64,000 bases of DNA from Paracidovorax konjaci (GTDB lineage Bacteria > Pseudomonadota > Gammaproteobacteria > Burkholderiales > Burkholderiaceae_C): NCBI RefSeq assembly GCF_900112675.1, contig NZ_FOMQ01000007.1, forward strand, positions 162,750 to 226,749. The letters run 5' to 3'. The notes below the pieces were generated by a model. It was not told the DNA's origin. It saw only the letters and a list, made by a program, of their open reading frames with translations, and did no database searches. Shown one piece after another: positions 56,682 through 64,000 of the stretch; position 1 is the first letter of the stretch, and every line of letters begins with the position of its first letter. The translations under genes were made by a program, and so were the position numbers.

Positions 56682-57770
56682 CTATGCGCCCACCACGCGC
56701 CACGGCAAAGCCTCGCCCGAGCGCAGCGGCTTCAACTGCGCTTCGCCGAACGGGAAGCTCTCGGGCGGCACCCAGGATTCGCGGCGCAGGGTCAGCGTTC
56801 CCTGGTTGCGCGGCAGGCCGTAGAAGGCCGGGCCGTGGACGCTTGCGAAGCCCTCCAGCTGGTGCAGGGCGCCCGCGTTGTCGAAAGCCTCGGCATACAG
56901 CTCCATGGCCGCATGCGCGCTGTAACAGCCGGCACAGCCGGTGGCATGCTCCTTGAGGTGCGCGGCATGGGGTGCGCTGTCGGTGCCCAGGAAGAACTTG
57001 GCGCTGCCGCTGGTCGCTGCCTCCACCAGCGCGAGCCGGTGGGTTTCACGCTTGAGCACGGGCAGGCAGTAGTAATGGGGACGGATACCGCCGGTGAAGA
57101 TCGCATTGCGGTTGAACAGCAGATGCTGGGGCGTGATCGTGGCGGCCGTGAAACCATCGCTGGAAGCCACGTACTGAGCGGCGTCGCGCGTGGTGATGTG
57201 CTCGAAGACAATCTTCAGTTCCGGGAAATCGCGGCGCAGAGGGATGAACTGCCGCTCGATGAAAACGGCCTCACGGTCGAAAAGATCGACCTCGCTGCCC
57301 GTGACCTCGCCATGCACCAGCAACAGCAAACCGGCTTTCTGCATGGCTTCCAGCACCGGGTAGATCTTGCGCAGCTCGGTCACGCCGGCATCGCTGTTGG
57401 TCGTCGCTCCAGCGGGATAGAGCTTGCAGGCCACGATGCCGGCCTCTTTCGCGCGGGCGATTTCCTCGGGCGGAAGGTTGTCGGTGAGGTAGAGCGTCAT
57501 AAGCGGCTCGAAGGACACGCCGGCCGGCACGGCCGCGAGAATGCGCTCCTTGTAGGCCAGGGCCTGCGCTGCGGTGGTGACCGGAGGCCGCAGGTTGGGC
57601 ATGATCACGGCGCGCCCGAACTGCGCGGCGGTATGGGGAACCACGGTCAACAGGGGCTCGCCATCGCGCACGTGCAGATGCCAGTCGTCTGGACGGGTGA
57701 TCGTGAGGGTATCCACCGGCGCGGAGCCAGCGGGGACGGATGGAGTGGGGGATGGTGCGGCAGCGGTCAT
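56682..57770 (-). CDS. pyrC: Dihydroorotase PyrC (class II, homodimeric type)
   Basis: ...[14 protein letters not shown]... (HxH metal site), ...VMPNLRPP..., ...[11 protein letters not shown]..., ...FLGTDSAPH.... Start trimmed to MTAAAP at 57770. Confidence 0.88.
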   Translation of the reverse strand: MTAAAPSPTPSVPAGSAPVDTLTITRPDDWHLHVRDGEPLLTVVPHTAAQFGRAVIMPNLRPPVTTAAQALAYKERILAAVPAGVSFEPLMTLYLTDNLPPEEIARAKEAGIVACKLYPAGATTNSDAGVTELRKIYPVLEAMQKAGLLLLVHGEVTGSEVDLFDREAVFIERQFIPLRRDFPELKIVFEHITTRDAAQYVASSDGFTAATITPQHLLFNRNAIFTGGIRPHYYCLPVLKRETHRLALVEAATSGSAKFFLGTDSAPHAAHLKEHATGCAGCYSAHAAMELYAEAFDNAGALHQLEGFASVHGPAFYGLPRNQGTLTLRRESWVPPESFPFGEAQLKPLRSGEALPWRVVGA

Positions 57771-57909
57771 GGGGCGGGATTCTCCCACCAGACCCGCCGC
57801 AAGCCCTTCACCTTCCGGACGCGGCCTCCTCCAATAAAAAACCCTGTCCGCCGGTGGGCGAACAGGGTGAAACCCCAGAGGTTGGGGTGAGGGGGGATCG
57901 GTCGGCGAA

Positions 57910-58395
57910 TCAGCAGCCGGAGGGGCGGTTGGTTCGCATGGGCACAACGCCCGAAACAGTGAGGCGGTCGCCCGAGCCATCGGTGGCCGTGAGTGTCTTG
58001 CTCACGATACGGACTTGGTTGGCATCGCGGACCACCGAGGTGTCGCTCCAGTCCGACGCGCTGAACTCGCGCCCGGCAAAGGTCAGGAATGCAACGTACA
58101 GCCGGGTGGCATTCGGCTCGTAGCGGACATCGCCAAACGCCTGTCCACTCGCGCCCACCTTGTTGGCGCCATCGAAACGGAAAGCGCAGACTTCCGGCGC
58201 GGAGCCGATGGGGTTGCGCTTCTCTACATCGGTGAGGTTGATATTGCCGTCACCGTAGACACCGTTCAGTCCGGACGCTGTAGACCCGGTGACGGTGAAG
58301 ACACCTGCCTGGTCGCTGGGCGTTGGATCGTCGTCGTTGCCACCTCCGCAGGCACTCAGCAGCGCGGCGGTGGCCAGGACGGCACAGGTCTTCAT
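57910..58395 (-). CDS. Hypothetical lipoprotein
   Basis: Signal peptide with lipobox LLSAC. No recognisable domain. Confidence 0.55.
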   Translation of the reverse strand: MKTCAVLATAALLSACGGGNDDDPTPSDQAGVFTVTGSTASGLNGVYGDGNINLTDVEKRNPIGSAPEVCAFRFDGANKVGASGQAFGDVRYEPNATRLYVAFLTFAGREFSASDWSDTSVVRDANQVRIVSKTLTATDGSGDRLTVSGVVPMRTNRPSGC

Positions 58396-58593
58396 CAGGG
58401 CAGAGGGCATTGTTCGTTCTTGGATAGGGATGAATCTGTGTGGGCGACGTATCGCTCACGGCAGCTGCCATCGTAGAAACCGCCCCCGTTCGCCCCTGTG
58501 GTCCGTGGGCGGCACGCCCTGTAGGACTCGGTGCCGCCCACCGGCACGCACTCATCCGGAACCGGGTGCCCAGCGCCAGGCTCGCCAGGCCCG

Positions 58594-59748
58594 TCAGGCG
58601 GCCAGAGGGAAAACGGCAGTGAACCGCGCGCCACCCTCTGCGCGGTTTTCCACGTGCACACGGCCGCTCTGCCGCTGCACCAGGGCCTGCACGATCGAGA
58701 GCCCGAGCCCGGATCCCTCGCCGCGCCGCCCGGGTTCGTGGGGAAATCGCTCGAAAGGACGTTTCAGCAGCCGCGGCGGCAGGCCCGGCCCCGCGTCACT
58801 GACGACCAGCACCACCCACGACTCCTCCACGGCCACATCCACCCCCAACCAGCCACCGGCTGCCGCGTGGCGCAGCACGTTCTCCACTAGGTTGAAGAGG
58901 ATCTGGCGCATGCGGTCCGGATCGAGCACCACACGCGCCGCTCCGTCCACCTCCGGCAGGCGCAGGTCGAGCCGCACGCCGTGGTCGGCGATGCGCTGCG
59001 CGTGGCCGGCCAGCGCATCGCGGACCAGCTCGGCCAGATCCACGGTGAAGGTCTCCAGAGACAGCTGGCCGGCTTCCGCCATCGACAGGGTGTGCAGGTC
59101 GCCCACGAGCCGCCCCAGGTATTCGACCTGGTCCAGCAACGCCCGGGATTCGGCTGCATCGGCCTCGATGACCCCATCGCAGATCGCGTGCAGGCGCGCG
59201 CGCAGCACGGTGAGCGGAGTGCGCAGCTCGTGCGATATGGATGCGGCATTGGCACGGCGCTCCTTCGCCGAGCGTTCGAGTGCATCGATCATCTGGTTGA
59301 AATGCCGCACCATCACGGCCATTTCGTCGTGGTAGCGCCCGGGCTGCGCCCGCCGCGAAAAATCCCCGACGGCCACATGCGTGGCCACCTCCGCCATCGA
59401 AGCCAGCGGCTGGGTCACGAGCCGGGATACCCAGAAACCCACCACCAGGCCGACGGGAAGGCACACGACCAGCCCGACCACGAGCGACCACTTCTCCCCG
59501 AAAAGCAGGTCGCCATGCCAGTAATGGCCGTAGATCTCCATTGCGCGCGGGCTGTCTTCCATGTCACGCTCGCGCAAGTCGTCCAGTTCGCGCTGGATGT
59601 CGGTGGGCAGGCTGCGGTAGAAGTCGCGGTATTGGACTTCGGAAAACAGCATCACGCTCGCCGTGAGCAGCGCCATCGTGGCCAGCACCGTGGCCGCGAT
59701 CCACAGCCCGAAGCGCACCCAGACCCGGTTGAACAATGACCCTTGCAT
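58594..59748 (-). CDS. Two-component sensor histidine kinase
   Basis: Two TM segments, HAMP, H-box SHELRTPLTVL, and N/G boxes of the HATPase_c domain (...VSDAGPGLPP..., GSGLGLSIV). Confidence 0.85.
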   Translation of the reverse strand: MQGSLFNRVWVRFGLWIAATVLATMALLTASVMLFSEVQYRDFYRSLPTDIQRELDDLRERDMEDSPRAMEIYGHYWHGDLLFGEKWSLVVGLVVCLPVGLVVGFWVSRLVTQPLASMAEVATHVAVGDFSRRAQPGRYHDEMAVMVRHFNQMIDALERSAKERRANAASISHELRTPLTVLRARLHAICDGVIEADAAESRALLDQVEYLGRLVGDLHTLSMAEAGQLSLETFTVDLAELVRDALAGHAQRIADHGVRLDLRLPEVDGAARVVLDPDRMRQILFNLVENVLRHAAAGGWLGVDVAVEESWVVLVVSDAGPGLPPRLLKRPFERFPHEPGRRGEGSGLGLSIVQALVQRQSGRVHVENRAEGGARFTAVFPLAA

Positions 59749-59760
59749 TGCGCGGACGCC

Positions 59761-60510
59761 TCAGGCCGGCGGGCCCTCGCCGGGCCAGAGCCGGTAGCCG
59801 ATGCCGCGTACGGTCTCGATCAGGTCGCCTTGACCGGCCTGCTGCAGCTTGCGGCGCAGCTTGGAGAGATGGGAGTCGATCACGCGGTCCAGGGCATCGC
59901 TTTCGGGAAGGCAGTGGTCGATGAGGTGGCTCCGGGAAAAACATCGCCGGGGCTGCGCCGCCAGGCAGGCGAGCAAGCGGTATTCGGTCAGCGTGAGCGG
60001 CAGGCCCAGCGCCCTGCCATCGTCGCCATGGACGAACGCCGCGTGCGCTTCCTGGTCGATCTCGATGCGTCCCACCCGGATGGGCGGGGCCGAACGCACG
60101 GGTGCCGTGGGCTGCCCCTGAGCGCGCCGCAGCACGGCGCGCACGCGTGCCACCACTTCCGGCGGGCTGAACGGCTTGACCACGTAATCGTCCGCACCCA
60201 GCCGCAGGCCCACGAGCTTGTCCACATCGTCTGCGAGCGCCGTCACCATGATGACGGGTGTCTGGCCGTCCTCCCGGATGGCGCGCAGCAGGTCCAGGCC
60301 GTCCATGCCGGGCAGATGGATGTCGAGCAGGACCATGTCGGGCTTGATCTGCCGGAAGAGGCGCAGAGCCTCCAGGCCGTCGGAGACGTGGCGCGCGCGC
60401 AGTCCGTCGCGCTGGAGATAGGCCGTGAGGATGGTGGCAATGCCCGGTTCGTCCTCGACCACGAGGACGAGGGGGCCTGAGGCCTGCGGTGCGGCGGCGG
60501 GAAGGTTCAT
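59761..60510 (-). CDS. OmpR-family response regulator
   Basis: Receiver domain (LVLVVEDEP...DMVLLDIHLPGMDGL...) plus a winged-helix output domain (...TLTEYRLLACLA...IETVRGIGYRL). Start trimmed to MNLPAAA at 60510. Confidence 0.85.
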   Translation of the reverse strand: MNLPAAAPQASGPLVLVVEDEPGIATILTAYLQRDGLRARHVSDGLEALRLFRQIKPDMVLLDIHLPGMDGLDLLRAIREDGQTPVIMVTALADDVDKLVGLRLGADDYVVKPFSPPEVVARVRAVLRRAQGQPTAPVRSAPPIRVGRIEIDQEAHAAFVHGDDGRALGLPLTLTEYRLLACLAAQPRRCFSRSHLIDHCLPESDALDRVIDSHLSKLRRKLQQAGQGDLIETVRGIGYRLWPGEGPPA

Positions 60511-60629
60511 GGCGTCGGGACGGTGCTGGCCGGAATTATCCACAGGCTCGCCGGCTGCCGGGCAATTCCCCTGCGTCTCCACGAAGCCTCCATATCCCAT
60601 GCAACGCTGCGCAAGCTTCGGGCGATCCA

Positions 60630-62129
60630 ATGCGCCACAGCCCCTTCCGCCATGGACGGCTTTTCGTCTTTTCACCTGTGACGCCGCGCGTGCCCTTCCT
60701 GCCCCCATCTCCGCATCGCCTGCGCTTCGGCCTGCTCGCCGCGGTGCTGGTGGTTCTGGCCGGCTGTACCACGCCGGCCCCCCGCCCGTCCGCAGCCCCG
60801 GCACTTCCCGGCGCCTGGACCTCGCCGCAGCCCCAGGGCACCGCCACGCCGGAGTTGCGTGCCTGGTGGACATATTTCCATGATCCGGCCCTCGACGCGC
60901 TGGTCGGCGAAGCCCTCGAACGCAATCTCGACCTGGCGATCGCCAACCGCCGGCTGCGCGAGGCCCGGCTGCAGGCCGGTCGCGCGGCGGTGCAATTCCG
61001 TCCCTCGTTCAGTGCGGGCGCGCGGACACTGCAGGACATTGCCGCCACGGACACCTACTTCCACGCCAGCATCGACATGGTGTGGGAGCTGGGGCTGTTC
61101 GGCGCCGCGGACGGCGTGCGCGAAGCAGCCGAAGCCGATGTGGAGGCCTCCGCCGCAGACCGCCAGGGCACTCGCGTTGCCGTCGTGGCCGACGTGGTAC
61201 GCAACTATCTGGACCTGCAGGCGGCGCGCCGGCAGCTCCGCCTGATCGACCGGTTGGTGCAGATCGACGACCGCGCCCTGCAACTGGCGGAAGTGCGGCG
61301 GCGCACGTCGACCGGCACTGCCGAAGAGACCGCCCAGGCGCGCGTGCGCCGCGCGCAGGCGCTGGCGGCACGCGCCGTTCCCGAAGAGGCCCGCGCCCGT
61401 GCCGCCCAGGCCCTGTCGGTGTTGCTGGGCCGCATGGCCCCGGACCCGGCGTGGGGCACCACCGGACCGGGCGAGCCGCCCGCCCTCGCGCCCTTTGCCT
61501 TTGCGTCGCTGCCCGCCGACCTGCTGCGCACGCGGCCCGACGTGCAGGCGGCCGAGGCCGACGTGCGCAAGGCCGCCGCCGAACTGGGCCTGGCCCGCTC
61601 CGAGCTGTTTCCGCGGATCTCGATCATGGGATCGCTGCTGTATTCGTACAACCTCACGCGCAACCGCCGCACGACCAGCGACAACGCCCCGGCCATCGGC
61701 CCCGCGATCGACATCCCGCTGTTCGACTGGGGCCGCCGCCGCATGCAGGTCGATGCACGGCAGGAAGCGCTGGAAGGCGCGTCGCTGGCCTATGAGCGTG
61801 CCGTGCGCGGTGCGGTCGCCGAGGCCGAAGGCGCACTGGCCGCCCTGGCGGCGCAGCAAGGCCGTGCGGACGCCCTGGCGCAGGCGCAGCCGGCCCTGGC
61901 GGAGCGTGTCCGGGTGGGCCGCATACAGGCCCGCCTCGGCCTGTCCAGCGAATACGACACCCTGACCGCACAGCGTGCGGCATTGCAGGGCGAGGCGGAA
62001 TGGTCCACCGCGCAGGATGCCCGGTCTCTGGCATTCGTCGCGCTCTACAAGGCGCTGGGGGGAGCGCCGCTGCCCCCGGCGGAAACCGCGGCAGCACCGC
62101 CTTCCGAAACGCCTCGGGAGACGCCGTGA
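60630..62129 (+). CDS. Efflux outer-membrane factor lipoprotein (NodT/OprM/TolC family)
   Basis: Lipobox LAGC and tandem TolC-like repeats. The N-terminal 46 aa before the lipobox Cys are unusually long, so the true start may be an internal non-ATG codon. Confidence 0.75.
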   Translation: MRHSPFRHGRLFVFSPVTPRVPFLPPSPHRLRFGLLAAVLVVLAGCTTPAPRPSAAPALPGAWTSPQPQGTATPELRAWWTYFHDPALDALVGEALERNLDLAIANRRLREARLQAGRAAVQFRPSFSAGARTLQDIAATDTYFHASIDMVWELGLFGAADGVREAAEADVEASAADRQGTRVAVVADVVRNYLDLQAARRQLRLIDRLVQIDDRALQLAEVRRRTSTGTAEETAQARVRRAQALAARAVPEEARARAAQALSVLLGRMAPDPAWGTTGPGEPPALAPFAFASLPADLLRTRPDVQAAEADVRKAAAELGLARSELFPRISIMGSLLYSYNLTRNRRTTSDNAPAIGPAIDIPLFDWGRRRMQVDARQEALEGASLAYERAVRGAVAEAEGALAALAAQQGRADALAQAQPALAERVRVGRIQARLGLSSEYDTLTAQRAALQGEAEWSTAQDARSLAFVALYKALGGAPLPPAETAAAPPSETPRETP

Positions 62130-63265
62130 TCGCGCTGGCCCGCAAGACACTGGTCCATGAGTGGCGCCGCTTCGTGCCCGCGGTGTTCGCGGTGGGGTTC
62201 TCGTGCGTGCTGCTCGTCGTACAGGCTGCGCTCGTGCTGGGCATCTTCGGCAGCGCGGCGCTGTATGTGCGGGCGTCGGGTGCGGACCTGTGGGCCGGCT
62301 ATCCGGGCACGCAGAGCGTGAACTTCGGCCGGGCGATCGGCCGCGACGTGGACCTGCGCCTCGCCATGGACCCCGCTGTCAGCGCCACCGAACCCTACCT
62401 CTGGGTGGATGGAGACTGGCGCAGCAGCCGGGCCGGCGGCGGTGGCGTGTCGATCTACCTCTCCGGAATTCGCACCGCACCGGACGGCATGCTGTTCTCG
62501 CGCCTGCTCAATGACTGGCAACGTGCGGCACTCAGGGACCCGGGCGCGGTCATCGTGGACCACGAGGACATGGGCACCCTGGGTACGCGGGTGGGCGGTA
62601 CGGCCTGGATCAACGCACGCCCCGTCCGCGTGGTGGCGGCGGTGGACGGGCTGCGCGGCCTGGGCGGCGTCAACGTGCTGGCCTCGCTCGATACCGCACG
62701 CGAGATCGCCGGCGCGGAGGCCGCCGCGGCAGGGCCGACCTACGTCGTCGCCCGGACCCACACGCCCGCACAGGCGGCACAGGCGCAGGCCCGGCTGTCC
62801 GCGGGCGCCCCGGGGTTCGGCCCCTTCGAGGTCTGGACGGCGCCCCAGTTCGCGCGCCGCTCCCAGCTCTACTGGCTGCTGGACACGGGCGCGGGCGTGG
62901 CCGTACTGTTCATGGTGGGCATCGTGTGCCTCGTCGGCACGGTGGTCACCAGCCAGTCGCTGATGGGCATCGTGGCCGGCTCGGCGCGCGAATATGCCGT
63001 GCTCAACGCGCTCGGGGTCAGCCGCCGCGCACTGGGCCGGCTGGTGGTCGAGCAGGCATGCTGGATCGGCGGACTCGGCCTGCTCCTGGGCGCCGCTGCC
63101 AGTGCCGCGCTGCTCTGGCTGGCCGGGGTGCAGGGCGTGCCGGTGGCGATGACGCCGGCCATCGCGCTGGCCTGCGCGGCGCTCGTGGCACTCGTTTCGC
63201 TGCTTTCGGGCCTTCTGGCCATGCGCGGCCTCATGGCGGCGGACCCTGCACTGCTCCTGCGATGA
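62126..63265 (+). CDS. ABC transporter permease, FtsX/MacB-like (one N-terminal TM, large periplasmic domain, three C-terminal TMs)
   Basis: GTG start overlapping the upstream stop (GTGA). Topology inferred from hydrophobic segments at residues ~15-40 and ~280-380. Confidence 0.7.
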   Translation: MIALARKTLVHEWRRFVPAVFAVGFSCVLLVVQAALVLGIFGSAALYVRASGADLWAGYPGTQSVNFGRAIGRDVDLRLAMDPAVSATEPYLWVDGDWRSSRAGGGGVSIYLSGIRTAPDGMLFSRLLNDWQRAALRDPGAVIVDHEDMGTLGTRVGGTAWINARPVRVVAAVDGLRGLGGVNVLASLDTAREIAGAEAAAAGPTYVVARTHTPAQAAQAQARLSAGAPGFGPFEVWTAPQFARRSQLYWLLDTGAGVAVLFMVGIVCLVGTVVTSQSLMGIVAGSAREYAVLNALGVSRRALGRLVVEQACWIGGLGLLLGAAASAALLWLAGVQGVPVAMTPAIALACAALVALVSLLSGLLAMRGLMAADPALLLR

Positions 63266-64000
63266 ACGAGACCCCCCTCCCCCGCTCCCGGGCCGCGGAA
63301 CGCAGCGCGCCCAGCCTGCAGGCCGTGGACCTGCACAAGTCCTTCGTGTCCGGCGTGGTGCAGGTCCCTGTCCTGCGCCAACTGAGCCTGTCCATCCAGC
63401 CGGCAGAACTGACGCTCATTTCGGGCCCTTCCGGATGCGGCAAGAGCACGCTGCTGTCGCTGCTGTCCGGCCTGCAGAAGCCGGATGCCGGCCATGCCCT
63501 GGCGCTGGGCGAAGACCTGGGCACGCTCGGCCCGCGGGCGCTGGAGCGCTTCAGGCTCCAGCACACGGGGTTCGTTTTCCAGGGCTTCAACCTGTTTCCG
63601 GCGCTCACCGCCCTGGAGCAGGTGCAGTTGCCCCTGGGCTACCTGGGCCTGGACGCGCGCGAAAGCGCACGCCGCGCCCGGCAGGCGCTGGACGAGGTGG
63701 GCCTGACGCAGCGGGTGCACATGCGCCCGGCCCAGCTCTCGGGCGGCGAGAAGCAGCGCGTCGCCATCGCACGCGCCATCGCCAAGTCGCCGCAACTGCT
63801 GTTCGCCGACGAGCCCACCAGCGCGCTGGATGCCGACAGCGGCCAGCGCGTGATCGACATCCTTCACCGCATCGCGCGCATCCATGGCACCACCGTGCTT
63901 TGCGTGAGCCACGACCCGCGCCTCGTGCGCCATGCCGACCGCGTGCTCGGCATGGAGGACGGCGCCATCCGCAGCGACTGGCGCCAACCGGACGCCACCA
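63262..64000 (+). CDS. ABC transporter ATP-binding protein (partial, runs off the window end)
   Basis: Walker [11 protein letters not shown]-loop, signature [14 protein letters not shown], Walker [13 protein letters not shown]. The ATG overlaps the permease stop (ATGA). Confidence 0.85.
   Translation, partial: MNETPLPRSRAAERSAPSLQAVDLHKSFVSGVVQVPVLRQLSLSIQPAELTLISGPSGCGKSTLLSLLSGLQKPDAGHALALGEDLGTLGPRALERFRLQHTGFVFQGFNLFPALTALEQVQLPLGYLGLDARESARRARQALDEVGLTQRVHMRPAQLSGGEKQRVAIARAIAKSPQLLFADEPTSALDADSGQRVIDILHRIARIHGTTVLCVSHDPRLVRHADRVLGMEDGAIRSDWRQPDAT

Noticed and set aside
1-64000. CRISPR arrays, IS elements/transposases, prophage genes and canonical tRNA/rRNA genes.
   Set aside because: None found on visual scanning. 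The only short dispersed repeats are the 65-bp elements reported above, which lack CRISPR-like regular spacing.

Overview
High-GC (about 68%) betaproteobacterial chromosome segment. Gene content (several orphan Bug/TctC binding proteins, overall gene order) suggests Burkholderiales, probably Comamonadaceae; that placement is inference. Most of the window is core genome. On the minus strand: the start of the dcw cluster (ftsI 5' part, ftsL, rsmH, mraZ with a MraZ-box-like repeat array upstream), hslVU, a STAS-domain hypothetical, a DksA paralogue lacking the Cys4 zinc finger next to a His-rich COG0523 GTPase, rlmI, the xerC–DUF484–dapF block, chrA, several TctC-like binding proteins, an rnpB (RNase P RNA) gene, a fatty-acid/acyl-CoA catabolic cluster with a divergent LysR regulator, htpX, pyrC, and a two-component system divergent from an efflux-like OMF–permease–ABC operon. 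Three chemoreceptor genes are also present. Two things stand out. (1) An RNA-repair island: rtcR, a near-consensus sigma-54 promoter, a tRNA-like leader RNA, an SPFH/band-7 protein, an unknown Cys-rich protein, rtcB and rtcA. It resembles the Rsr–Y RNA–RtcBA operon but has no Ro protein. (2) A previously unrecognised family of 65-bp palindrome-containing repeat elements, five copies in 64 kb. One is inserted in-frame inside dapF, one supplies the C-terminal tail and stop codon of a ybhN-like gene, and one carries an ATG at the 5' end of rtcA. No CRISPR arrays, transposases, integrated phage or canonical tRNA/rRNA genes were seen. Gene calls come from the six-frame ORF track plus motif recognition by eye; no homology search was run.
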